Shown: positions 41,162 through 54,166 of the stretch, one piece after another
Position numbering within the stretch: the stretch's first letter is position 1
Layout: each line of letters opens with the position of its first letter
NCBI GenBank assembly: GCA_951406725.2
Contig: OX597826.1
Location: forward strand, 84,134,934-84,198,933
DNA length: 64,000 nucleotides
From: Octopus vulgaris
Lineage: Eukaryota
Direction: 5' to 3'
Translations under genes and position numbers: made by a program
Notes under the pieces: model-generated
The model's input: only the letters and a program-made list of their open reading frames with translations
The model's database searches: none
Told to the model about the DNA's origin: nothing

Positions 41162-43749
41162 AAACATACTAGTGATGGGTGATTTTAACCTCCCTTATGT
41201 GAACTGGCCCACAAATACTCTGAAGTTAGGCAAATGCTCTACATCAGATAGAGCAGCAGCAGAACTGCTCTTTAATCTAATGGATGAATACTTGCTGACT
41301 CAGCTAGTGCTCGAACCAACGAGACAGAATAAAACGATCTTGGATCTAGTATTGACCAATCACTCTAGCTTCGTTCACAGTATTTCAGTTGAAAAAACTA
41401 TCCTCTCAGACCACGACATGATACTCTGCAATTTCAATTCCCGACATATAAAAACCAAACCAGCCAATACCACTCCATGGCACTCATTTGACAACATAAA
41501 CTTCCACAAAGCGGACTGGGGAGCAACCAGAAAGGATCTGTCTTGCATCGACTTGTCTTTCACTCTCAATTCCATCCATACTGAGACCGCATGGCAGCAC
41601 TTTGAAAACATTGTCACCTATACATGCGCTAAACACGCTCCCATGAAATCTACTAACACAAACAGAAACCGGCTCCCTAAAAAGAAAAAAACACTCATCA
41701 GGCGCATCAAAAGACTCAACAAACAAAATCAACCAATTAAAATATTCCCACATACAACATCCAAATTCAACAACAATGAAAAGGCTAGAGCTGGAAAAAC
41801 TTCATCTACAGAACGACATGAAAACCTCCATTGAAAATCAAAGAGCTGTGGAGGAACAGTGGGTAATCAAAAACATCAAACAGAACCCAAAAGTGTTCTA
41901 TTCTTATGCAAATAAGCATAGAACCACTGTCTCACCCATTGGGCCATTGATTGATGATAACGGCATTCCCCAACACGATACTAAAGAAATGGCAGAAATA
42001 CTGCAGAAATAATATTGCTTTGTCTGATATTGACACAAGAGAAGCGACCGAAGTTGACCCTCAACATAAAATCTCAGACATAACCTTCACTGCCACTGAC
42101 ATCACAGCAGCAATAAATGAGATCAAATACTACTCTGCTGTAGGCCCTGATAGATTCCCTGCTAGTCTCCTGAAGGAATGTAGACACCAACTTGCAGTCC
42201 CTCTGACCAACCTCTGGAGAAATTCGTTAGACGCAGGTTATATACCGAAACAGTTTCTATCCCAGTCAGTCATCCCGGTTTTCAAACAGGGAAACAGATC
42301 CCTCGCACTCAACTATCGCCCAATCTCACTCACCTCCCACATCATCAAAGTGTTTGAAAGAGTGTTAAGATCAAGGATACCTGACTTCCTGGAGACCCAC
42401 AAACTCCTAAATGCAAATCAGCATGGCTTTCGCTGAGGCAGGGACTGTCTAACACAGCTCTTACACCACATTGAAGATGTACTCAAAGCCTTGGGAACAG
42501 GTTCGAACTCTGATGTCATATATCTTGACTTCAGTAAAGCGTTCGACAGGGTAGACCATAATATCCTACTCTCAAAATTGGCAAATGTTGGAATCCGTGG
42601 AAAAGTTCTACACTAGATCAAGTATTTCCAGGCGAATATAACACAACATGTTGTAGTTGATGGAGTCCACTCAAGCCCAGCATAAGTCACCAGCGGTGTC
42701 CCCCAGGGGACTATTTTGGGTCTGCTACTCTTCATAATTTACATAAACGACCTTTCCAGTGTCGTACATTACTGCAAAGTGAAAATATTTGCTGATGACA
42801 CTAAGCTCCAGCAAATCGTCAATGAAGAAGCAGACCGAACTCAACTCCAGTCTGATCTATATGCTGTGAGTCAATGGGCACACAGAGACAAAATGCAACT
42901 GAACAAGGGAAAATTTGAGTTGATGCATTTTGGAAGAAATTCCTCAATAAAAGGGGAACCGCTTACAGCCTCTAACAATATCAGACCTGGGTGTAATTGT
43001 TGATGACGATCTCAGTTGGAGTGCACACATCAACAAGAAGGTCGATATAGCACGTAGGATGAGTTCCTGGTTCCTAAGAACTTTCCGGTCCAGAGAACAA
43101 GGTGTCATCATACCACTTTTCTCCTCCTTTGTACGGCCACACCTCGAATACTGCTGCCCACTGTGGTCTCTTCACACAAGACAAAACATCTCCAGAATTG
43201 AGTCACCCCAGAGGGCACTCACTAAACGAATTGAAGGCATGGCTGCTGTCGATTATTGGGATCGCCTTAAAGCCTTGAACCTTTACTCCCTCCAGCATCG
43301 CCGTGAGCGGTACATCATTTGTATGATGTGGAAAATATACCGCCAACTAAGCCCAAACGACCTAAACATTAGCTTCAAGGTTCATCCAAGACTTGGACCA
43401 CGGGCTATACGTCCCCTGCCCAATTCAAGATCACAACATACATGTACACTGCAACATAATTTCTTTTCCTCAACAGGCCCTGCCCTATTTAACATTGTCC
43501 CGAAAGAGATCAAAGAGGAACAGGATCCCATCAACTTTAAACGGAGTCTGGATAGATTCCTTCAAGGAATACCAGATAAGCCACCCATAATTGGATACAA
43601 CTCACCCAACAAAAACTCACTACTTGAATGGACCATAAACAAAACTTGACTTAAACAGGATTCAAATAATCCTATCAGGTGGTGCTATTAAGTTAGACAT
43701 GGCCTGGACCAATCTTTGGTCGAAACATATCAAGGTTTATCTAAGTTTA
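41160..43749 (+). mobile_element. 5'-truncated CR1-clade LINE (family D), multiple stops and frameshifts
   Basis: [61 protein letters not shown]; 3' stem-loop gacca-atctt-tggtc gaaac. Confidence 0.92.
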
Positions 43750-43964
43750 TATACAAACATACAAACATGTATATACAAATATATATATACAGACATATAT
43801 ACAAATATATATATATACAGACATATATATATACAAATATATATATACAAACATATATATATATATACAAACATATATACAAACACATATATACAAATAT
43901 ATATACAAACATATATACACAAATATATATACAAACATATACATACAAATATATATACAAACAT

Positions 43965-44670
43965 ATGACCCTCTCCGTAACCTTCATTACCTGATCCAAC
44001 AGCTTGATACCTCTGTATTTATTTGTATCTAAAGCGTCACCTTTACCTTTGTAGCAGTTGACTATTATGCTGCTACACCAGTCATTGGGTATGACTCCTT
44101 CGTGTATCAACTGGTTAACTATACGGGTGACTAGGCTATAACCAACACTGCCAGATATTTTGAGCCTCTCTGCAGTAATTCCTGATGGACCTGGGGCTTT
44201 CCCTGTCTTCATACTTCTAATTATCTTATCTACCAAAGAACTGTCAACTCGGATAGCTGGTCCCTCAGTTGGGTCGACATTCGGCAGACTCTCTTTCTCC
44301 CATTCATTGTCTTTATTCAGCAACCTTTCATAGTGGCGTCTCCAAACCTCTCTCTTTGCAGCCACATTTAGCGCAAGTGAACCATTATCCATGCGAACAC
44401 ATTTCTCTCCTACCACATCACGATTCTCTCTCACACACTGTCTTGCAACACGAAATATCTCAAGTCTTTTGTCCTCACAGCGCAGAACATTGGCAAATTT
44501 TTTCTTATCTGCTTCTCCTATGGCTAAATAAACCTGCCTCCTAGCTTCCCTTCTGGCAGTCTGACACACTTCACCCATATAGTTAATCAGGATATATAGA
44601 AAGGTATTATACCCAATGACTGGCATAGCAGCATTGTAGTCAACTGTTATAGGAAGACAGACGTTAAATG
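43965..44670 (-). mobile_element. RTE LINE fragment (same family as 13074-16540) followed by a plus-strand RTE piece and tail
   Basis: DVVGEKCVRMD...GKAPGPSGI...[12 protein letters not shown]; plus-strand IPNDW piece and acgttaaatgatg at 44580-44675. Confidence 0.85.
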
Positions 44671-44945
44671 ATGTTGATATATTTTTTAGTATACATAACT
44701 GACTTCTACACGTCCTTCATGGATGATTCTATGATCCACAAAAACAGATGAATTATATCCAAAATGCTAATGTTGCTGCTACCAAAAGGTATTGAGGACT
44801 TGATGCTTTTTGTTTCAGTAGAGTTGCCCTTCCAACTATAATCATCCTTATTTCTTTTAAATCTCTGAATTATCACCATTATCCCATTGCATGACATTTT
44901 GAGTCTATTGGGTACCTGGAAAATGAATAAAACCAGTCGTGTGTA

Positions 44946-45440
44946 TCTCTTATTATAAAAGGCAGATTTTATCTGCCTCCCTTTGGGAGTTATACAAATC
45001 TACAATATAGGATTTCTTCAATTACAATTTACCTTGCATTTTTAAGAGTACAATGCATTGCGTCATGCCAGCTCCAGTTTTTAAAATTTAAACTCCAGTT
45101 AAGCAAAATTTACAGAAAACTCACATTCTGGTGTGTGTGTCAAATGCTTTTCTTAGTCTGGTTTACACCACACGCAAACGCACACACACAGTGGGCAACG
45201 AATAAAATGAAACTAATTCACTTACTGTAGTGAGTGATTCTTTCACTCTGCCTCCCACTTCTTCTTTCCACACAGACACGCAAATATATAAATAAAATTG
45301 TAAGCTAACGTGCGTGTGTGTGAGTGGGTGGGTGTGGGTGTGCGCGTGTGTGTGTGTGTGTGTGAGGGTGCGCGTGTGTGTGTGTGTGTGCGCGTGTGCG
45401 TGAGTGTGTGACAGGAAAGTTTTTTTACGACGAATATAAT
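44946..45440 (+). mobile_element. Helitron 5'-end fragment
   Basis: a|TCtcttattataaaaggcagattttatctgcct; 44948-45250 is nearly identical to the reverse complement of 53100-53402. Confidence 0.7.
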
Positions 45441-45462
45441 ACCTATATCCAAGTAGCAGAAA

Positions 45463-45946
45463 GATAAGACAGTAAGGTGTGATTTGAGGAAGATTTGGCT
45501 GCTATTTCTACCATGTCTAGCTGCCATGTAGGGGTCTCCCTCATAGGCTCATACATACATATATATATACATAGATAAGACAGTAAGGTGTGATTTGGGG
45601 GAAATTTGGCTGCTATTTCTACCAGGTCTAGCTGCCATGTAGGGGTCTCCCTCATAGGCTCATACATACATATATACATAGATAAGACAGTAAGGTGTGA
45701 TTTGGGGGAAATTTGGCTGCTATTTCTACCAGGTCTAGCTGCCATGAGGGGTCTCCCTCATAGGCTCATACATACATATATACATAGATAAGACAGTAAG
45801 GTGTGATTTGGGGGAAATTTGGCTGCTATTTCTACCAGGTCTAGCTACCATGTAGAGGTCCCCCTCATTGGCTCATATATATATATACATACATAAGACA
45901 GTAAGGTGTGATTTGAGGGAGATTTGGCTGCTGTTTCTACCAGGTC
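45463..45946. repeat. Minisatellite, unit about 107 bp, 4.5 copies
   Basis: ataagacagtaaggtgtgatttg units start near 45463, 45574, 45681, 45787 and 45892. Confidence 0.95.
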
Positions 45947-46310
45947 TGTTAGGCCTTCTCATGTAAACTCAAGCTTTCTCATGCCTTCAACATATGACCA
46001 AAGCAGAGAATGTATTCTTTTATTCTTCTGCTTTTTCCAGCCATTGGTCTGTGGCCATGCTGGGGCAATGCCTTGAAGAATTGTAGTTTAATGAATCAAC
46101 TCCAGTTTTATTTTTGTAAGCATTGTACTTATTCTATCTGTTTCCTTTGTCAAACCACTAGGTGACAGGGATGTAAACAAACCAACATTCGTTATCAAGC
46201 AGTGGTGGAGGACAATCACAAGCACAGACACGCACACACATACACACACACATACATGCATACACATATACACACATACATACATATATATATATATGTG
46301 TATATATATA

Positions 46311-46569
46311 TTGCAGCGTGGAAGGTGTTTGTAAGCCATTTAAGAAACACACAAAAACCGTTACATTCACTTCAACATTTAAATTTAATTTGCCAAAATA
46401 TTTTCGTCGCTTTGAGACCGCCACCTGTTCACTGACAAAAATATCGTGCTAACAGGTCGCGGTCTCAAAGCGACGAAAATATTTTGACAAATTAAATTTA
46501 AATGTTGAAGTGAATCTAACGGTTTTTGTGTGTTTCTTAAATGGCTTATAAACACCTTCAACGCTGCAA
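46311..46569. repeat. Near-perfect palindrome (arms about 119 bp), probably inverted Penelope-like terminal repeats
   Basis: ttgcagcgt...cctgtt | 21-nt spacer | aacagg...acgctgcaa. Confidence 0.85.
46389..46439 (-). ncRNA. Non-canonical type I hammerhead-like motif (G3:C8 core)
   Basis: uuuguca GUGAACA g guggc-ggucucaaa-gcgac GAAA auau UU uggcaaa; 7-bp stem I. Confidence 0.55.
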
Positions 46570-46641
46570 CTGTTTTCGTTCCAGCACACGATCTCAGATC
46601 AAGTCACTTGCTATGCAAGTACATCTCTGTAACTATATATA

Positions 46642-46680
<39 letters not shown>

Positions 46681-46743
46681 TGGTAAAAACAGTAAGATAA
46701 CAAAAGAAAGAAAGAGACCTCAATATTATGTAAATAGAGGAAA

Positions 46744-47134
46744 TCTTTATAGATAAAAGTGAGGTTGTGTGTCTGTCTCCTACGATTTAGATTCCTAACT
46801 ACTCCCACATTTTGCGGTGCAGTTTAACCAAAACCGGGTATCTTATAGTCGTGATTCATATCGAGACCGTCTGGGTATTAGCGCGCGTCTACGATGAGTC
46901 TACGATTTATAAAAAAATTTACCATCAATTTTTCCAATTTTTAATACATTTTTGACATATATAAGGGAAGTAACTCTCTAAAATTATTAAATCTCAGAAC
47001 GTAAAAAGCTACAGTAACACCCCTCCCCCTTTGTGGTTAGCCATATTGAGATGGCTATTATACTTTACATCTCTAAAAATGCTTATATAATTATTTCCCT
47101 TACAAACCCGAGCAACGCCGGGCGATACTGCTAG
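46744..47134 (+). mobile_element. Complete non-autonomous Helitron (391 bp)
   Basis: A|TC start, cccgagcaacgccggg hairpin, CTAG|T end, no TSD. Confidence 0.9.
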
Positions 47135-47147
47135 TGTGTATATATAT

Positions 47148-47462
47148 GAGTGGCTGTGTGGTAAGTAGCTTGCTTACGAACCACATGGTTCCGGGTTCTA
47201 TCCCAATGCATGGCACCTTGGGCAAGTGTCTTCTACTATAGCCTTGTGAGTGGATTTGGTAGACGGAAACTGAAGGAAGCCCGCCATGTGTATATATATA
47301 TATATATATTTGAGAGTTTGTGTATGTATATGTTCGTCCCCACCAACATTGCTTGGCAACCGATGCTGTGTTTACTGCAAAAGAGACCGATAGAATAAGT
47401 ACTAGGCTTACAAAGAATACGTCCTGGGGTCGATTTGCTTGACCAAAGTCGGTGCTCCATCA
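47148..47462 (+). mobile_element. S1 SINE with internal deletions
   Basis: Matches 29078-29516. Confidence 0.85.
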
Positions 47463-47938
47463 AAAAAGAGAGAAAAACACGTTTTCACTCTCTAAATATC
47501 GACTTCTTTCATAAACAACCAAGTTGATTTGTTATTGGGCTCCTAGACTGAACAATTGCATGATCTTGTATGGATCTGAGAGTAATTTGACTGCTATTTC
47601 TAGCCACCCCAAGTTAGCCTTGTTAATCATGTGAACGTCTAAAGAACTGAAAGTTATTTTAACAGTTGACAAACCAAATTCTAGTCAAGAACTCGTTTAA
47701 AAATTGCTGAGCCTTAACAGAAACCATTAACATTTGAAGTAATAGACTTATTTTTAAAGGTGTGTGTGTGTGTGTGTGTGTGTGCGCGTGTGTGTGTCTG
47801 TTTGTCCCCAAACATTGCTACACAACGGATGTTAGTCTGTTTACGTCCCCATAACTTAGAGGTTCAGCGAAAGAGATTGATAGAATAAGTACTAGGCCTA
47901 CAAAGAATAAGTCCTGGGGTCGATATGCTCGACTGAAG

Positions 47939-47990
<52 letters not shown>

Positions 47991-47995
<5 letters not shown>

Positions 47996-49010
47996 CTGGA
48001 GCGCCGCCTTTAGTCGAGCACATCATACACAGCACTTCTTTGTAAGCCTAGTATTTATTCTAACTTGTTCTCTTTTGCCGAACCGCTAAAATACAGGGAG
48101 TAAAACACACCTCTATCGGTTAAAAGCATCAACAACTACAGTCAATCGAAGATAATGACCAAACTGTCTACCAATTCAGACACTCAAACACGCGGACAAA
48201 CACAGAAATGAAGACAGTTACATACCTGCACATGCACAAACACACAGACATACACATATAGAAATGAAAAATACACACTTACACATTCAAACTCTCACAC
48301 TCACACACGCACAAACACACACACGCACCCACACACAGAAATGAAAACACAGTTACACAATCACACATAAAACCCTAACCCTAACTAGCACAAACATACA
48401 ATTTATTCAGAATGTAAAGGGGCATTGGGTGCTTTGCACTCGCAGTTAGAATATCAGCTCCCTCCACGCCAGTATGAGAATTTCTTTCATCCACTTGTGA
48501 AATTAATACATTGTCGACACATGACAAAAATATGAGCAACATCTGAAGTCACTAAAGGTGCAATAAATTGAACTTATTTTGATTTAGTAGTTAGTGATCT
48601 CAAATGTGGGTATCTTAGCAATGGTCAGTGTCGCACACACACAAGCAAATAGAAACACTCAGTCGCTCACACACTCGCGCACACAGAAATAAAAACACTC
48701 TCTCTCACACACACACACACACACACAAACACTGAAATGAAAATACCCACACTCACATAAATAAAAACAGTCCCACACTCACAAGGAGCCCCAATAGGTA
48801 TATAAAAAAAGTTTCTAGTATCTTTCCTAGCCCATAATTTATGATAATTGTAGTTCTAACAATAAATAAATACCTACTAATTCAGTACATCGTACATTAC
48901 GTCCCCGTAAATTATCGGTTCTGCAAAAGAGAACAATACGTTAAGTACTAGGAATACAAAAATAAGTCCTGGGGTCTATTTGCTCGACTAAATGCGGTAC
49001 ACCACAATTT
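47991..49010 (+). repeat. Segment duplicated at 58828-63095 (48180-49010 matches 62247-63095)
   Basis: Long colinear identity, e.g. cactcaaacacgcggacaaacacagaaatgaagacag and ctccacgccagtatgagaatttc. Confidence 0.9.
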
Positions 49011-49245
49011 AATAACAATAATATAATTATATGCAAGGTAAGTAAATCTATATGATATTTTGTAGTTATCTCACTAACTTACGGTGACGTAAACACATCA
49101 GAATCGGTTGTCAAGCAATTTTGAGGACAAAAACGCAGACAGAAACATAGACACACACATACATATGTGTGTGCGTGTGTGTATATATATATATATCTTT
49201 ATGTGTGTATATATATATATATCTTTATGTGTATATGTATATCTT

Positions 49246-49280
<35 letters not shown>

Positions 49281-49315
49281 CTTTATGTGTGTATATATAT
49301 ATATATATATATCTT

Positions 49316-49350
<35 letters not shown>

Positions 49351-49357
49351 TTATGTG

Positions 49358-49429
<72 letters not shown>

Positions 49430-49430
49430 T

Positions 49431-49463
<33 letters not shown>

Positions 49464-49501
49464 TTATGTGTATATATATATATATATATCTTTATGTGTA
49501 T

Positions 49502-50152
49502 ACTACAAAATTAGAGAATGGAGAAACATACTTAAATCAGTAAAACATCAACTATCCGATGATACTCAATCCATACTTTAATACACCATTACATATGAGT
49601 AAAGGCAATATATAAAATGAAATGAGATATACAGTAATAGTAAAAGTAAAAAGATAAAGAGATATAAGTAAAAAATTTCAAATATAATATGCAAATAAAT
49701 CAAAACTGACAGCTGTTTCGGCAGTGAGGACAGTCATACCTCATTTAACCTATAAGCCATAAAGGCAGGTATAAATGAGGTATTAACAAGGATGCCCCAC
49801 GGCCTCTTCAGAGAATTAAATTAAATTTGTTATAATAGTGAAAAATATTATATAATCATATACATATAAATATAAAAATATAAAAATGTAAAATATAAAA
49901 ACTTATATATCATAATGCTACACTTATATAATATAATACACATTTGTACAAAAAGGAAGGTAAACAGAACAATATAAAACAAAATATATAACAGTGTATA
50001 TATTAATATTAATAAGTACCGATATTATACATATTTGGCTAATAGTTTTTTTTATAAAAAAAGGGCTAACACATATGGAGATGAAAAATAATAATTAAAT
50101 CCGTGGTACAGTTCATAAAATTCTAAAGCTATAAAAGTTAATAAAAATTACT

Positions 50153-50199
<47 letters not shown>

Positions 50200-51490
50200 T
50201 AATAATAATAAAAAAATACTAAAAATAGATACAGTTAAGTTAGCACCAAGTCCATCCTTTCAAGATCGAAATAACTATGAGTTAAGAAATGCTGACCACT
50301 AGGTAAAGAAAATTTAGATTAATTCGATTGGCTATTGGTTTGAAATTTAAATCACAAAAGAAAATTATACGGTTGGTTAGTCAAGGAACGCCAATATTCA
50401 CACACGCATCTACAGATCAATCGCACATACACACATAGTTATATGTATATACATACACTTATACACATACAAAATTACAAGCAACAACTAGCACTTAGAT
50501 AAACAAAAAAGGGGAAGCAACTATGCTAACATTTAGTCCTTCAAAATTATAACTGAGCCTTAATAACAAAAAAAGAACCATCCATGCATTCTATAAAATA
50601 TTTAATTTAGATATAAATATATTTTTAAATATCAGTATGTTACTAATTCAGATAATTATTTCATGGGTAACTTAAAATTTATAACACCGGTTTGTTACAG
50701 AGTAAACATACGGTTGTTAGGTTTATCGTAAGTTTGTTATGATTTTAAGTACGCTAAATTATAAAATATAAAATATAAAATATATATTAATTTAAATATT
50801 ATAAATAAGTCACTTATTAACTTAATAAATATAGTGCCATAATATACCAGTTTAGGCATTAAAGAATAGAAGGGGAAGTATTAATGTAAACGCTTATGAG
50901 AACATCACAGAAATTTTAAATAAATTTTATATTATAAAGACTTAAGATGAAAAGAGATAAAATAAATAAAAAGGAATAAATACGAAGGAATAAATACGGT
51001 TATACACATAATTATAAGTACAAACTAGTATATATGTATTCATATATTATTAAAATTAAATACAAATAAATGATAGATATGTATGTATAAAACTACACCA
51101 GTATAAGTAAATAAGTAAAAAATAAATAGGTAACAAATTAGATGACTTGATATGTATGTAAACATCTACACTTAAATAGGCAAATAAATAAATGAATAGA
51201 AGACTAGATGCAAAGATTGATAATATTACAATAAAATGGGAAATAAATAAAAATAAATAAAGTGAATATATATATTTATATATATTTTATATTGTTGAAA
51301 GTAAATATGTATGGAAGGATAGTTTAAAGTACAGATCCAGAGGACTATAGATATAAACTAAATATATGAGGCTGGTAATAATTATAAAGCAAAATGCATG
51401 TAAATGAGAAAATGAAAAAAAGAAAAATGAAAAATGAAAAATGAAAAAATGAAAAAAGAAAAAGGTTTATCAGTGAATAGCATAGGATAC
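49502..51490 (-). mobile_element. AT-rich non-coding insertion, probably a Penelope-like terminal repeat
   Basis: Interrupts the satellite and carries a hammerhead core; no ORF seen. Confidence 0.5.
49700..49818 (-). ncRNA. Type I hammerhead ribozyme, canonical core
   Basis: CUGAAGA (49811-49805), long stem II including auaccucauuua/uaaaugagguau, GAAA, C-agcu-G, GUC cleavage between 49708 and 49707; stem I weak. Confidence 0.7.
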
Positions 51491-51541
51491 ATATATATAT
51501 ATATATATCTTTATGTGTATATATATATATATATATATCTT

Positions 51542-51590
<49 letters not shown>

Positions 51591-51591
51591 T

Positions 51592-51650
<59 letters not shown>

Positions 51651-51741
51651 TTATGTATATATATATATATATATATCTTTATGTATATATATATATATAT
51701 ATATATCTTTATGTGTATATATATATATATATCTTTATGTG

Positions 51742-51790
<49 letters not shown>

Positions 51791-51887
51791 TTATGTGTAT
51801 ATATATATATATATATATATCTTTATGTGTATATATATATATATATATCTTTATGTGTATATATATATATATATCTTTATGTATATA

Positions 51888-52748
51888 CTAGCAGAATTGC
51901 CCGGCGTTGCTCGGGGCTGAATTGCTTGAAAGTACTGTTAATGATTGCACTGAATTATGATGATTATTCAGGCAAATATTGAAATAAGCTTACGGTGGGA
52001 GATAAGGACTTAACGCCAAACGTGTGCCATTGCATTGTTTTGGGGGAACCAAATTTCTGATGAGCATTATAGGGGCACTAACTTTAAGTTTGAGAAAGTG
52101 TGGTGGTAGTCCGGGGTGCTCAAAGGAATTGAGTACCCCTATTGGATAGTTGATGACGTCCTCTGGGTCAGGAGTTGTATCGATAGACTGATATACATCG
52201 ACTTCCCCAGGAATGAGTTTTAGCATTTCATCATTAATATGGTGAACAGTTTTATTCCTCGGGGCCAGTATAGCCTTTTTGCCAATCCAATCCATATTCT
52301 GATAATTAGCTTGTAAATCTGGGAACACTGCATCTCCGAGATCAGAAGGCGTCTTAACAATGGTACAAATGGAATCGATGGCAATATTACCATTTTCATC
52401 CCCTGGTATTTTGCCTTCGCCAAGTGCAAGGAGAGTGTGAGGAAATGCTGGTGATGTGATATTACGTCGCATATGAGCACGCATATTGGTGTGAAGTTTG
52501 AGAGTTACTTCCGTTTATTTTTAAAAATATGCATTAAAATGGAAAAAAATGATGGTAAATTATTTGTAAAATCATAGACTCATCGTAGACGCGCGCTAAT
52601 ACCCAGAAGGGCTCGATATGAATCACGACTATAAGATACCCGGTTTTGGTTAAACTGCATCGCAAAATGTGGGAGTAGTTAGGAATCTAAATCGGAGTAG
52701 ACAGACACACAACCTTTCTTTTATATATAAATACATACATACACACAC

Positions 52749-52791
<43 letters not shown>

Positions 52792-53402
52792 TGCATACAT
52801 ACATATACACATAAACCGAGTAAAAAATTTCAGTTATCTCTCTCTTTCACACATTACTCTCTCTGTCTCTTCACACACACTAACAGAAGCACTTCACTTA
52901 CACAACATACTGTCTGTCTCCCACACTCCATCAAACACACACACACACACACACACATGTACATCAATGAGTCCCATGCACGGTAACTTGAAAGGAACTT
53001 CCCTCGTCATACAATCGCTTTCTCTTAGTCTCTTTCGCTCTCATTACTTATGTAAAAAAATAAAAGTTTTTTCTATGTGTGTAAAGAGGAAGTGGGAAGC
53101 AGAGTGAAAGAATCACTCACTACAGTAAGTGAATTACTTTCATTTTATTCCTTGCCCACTGTGTGTGTGCGTTTGCGTGTGGTGTAAACCAGACTAAGAA
53201 AAGCATTTGACACACACACCAGAATGTGAGTTTTCTGTAAATTTTGCTTAACTGGAGTTTAAATTTTAAAAACTGGACCTGGCATGACGCGATGCATTGT
53301 ACTCTTAAAACTGCTAGGTAAATTGTAATTGAAGAAATCCTATATTGTAGATTTGTATAACTCCCAAAGGGAGGCAGATAAAATCTGCCTTTTATAATAA
53401 GA
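51888..53402 (-). mobile_element. Composite Helitron with helicase fragment
   Basis: 3' hairpin plus CTAG|T at 51888; KAILAPRN...LKLKV.APIMLIRNL..QCNGTRL; TC 5' end at 53402 and an inner 5'-end module ending near 52730. Confidence 0.88.
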
Positions 53403-53430
53403 TATATATATATATATATATATATATCTT

Positions 53431-53471
<41 letters not shown>

Positions 53472-53550
53472 TTATGTGTATATGTATATATATATATATA
53501 TATATCTTTATGTGTATATGTATATATATATATATATATATCTTTATGTG

Positions 53551-53591
<41 letters not shown>

Positions 53592-53598
53592 TTATGTG

Positions 53599-53637
<39 letters not shown>

Positions 53638-53716
53638 TTATGTGTATATGTATATATATATATATATATATCTTTATGTGTATATGTATATATATATATA
53701 TATATATCTTTATGTG

Positions 53717-53755
<39 letters not shown>

Positions 53756-53761
53756 TTATTG

Positions 53762-53800
<39 letters not shown>

Positions 53801-53807
53801 TTATGTG

Positions 53808-53838
<31 letters not shown>

Positions 53839-53847
53839 CATTATGTG

Positions 53848-53878
<31 letters not shown>

Positions 53879-53921
53879 CATTATGTGTATATGTATATAT
53901 ATATATATATATCTTTATGTG

Positions 53922-53958
<37 letters not shown>

Positions 53959-53971
53959 TTATGTGTATATG

Positions 53972-54042
<71 letters not shown>

Positions 54043-54075
54043 TTATGTGTGTATATATATATATATATATATCTT

Positions 54076-54120
<45 letters not shown>

Positions 54121-54127
54121 TTATGTG

Positions 54128-54163
<36 letters not shown>

Positions 54164-54166
<3 letters not shown>

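Noticed and set aside
45463-45946. CRISPR-like array
   Set aside because: Units are wholly repeated with no unique spacers; eukaryotic context and no cas genes
48371-48385. Interstitial telomere
   Set aside because: Only two CCCTAA units, copied as part of the local duplication
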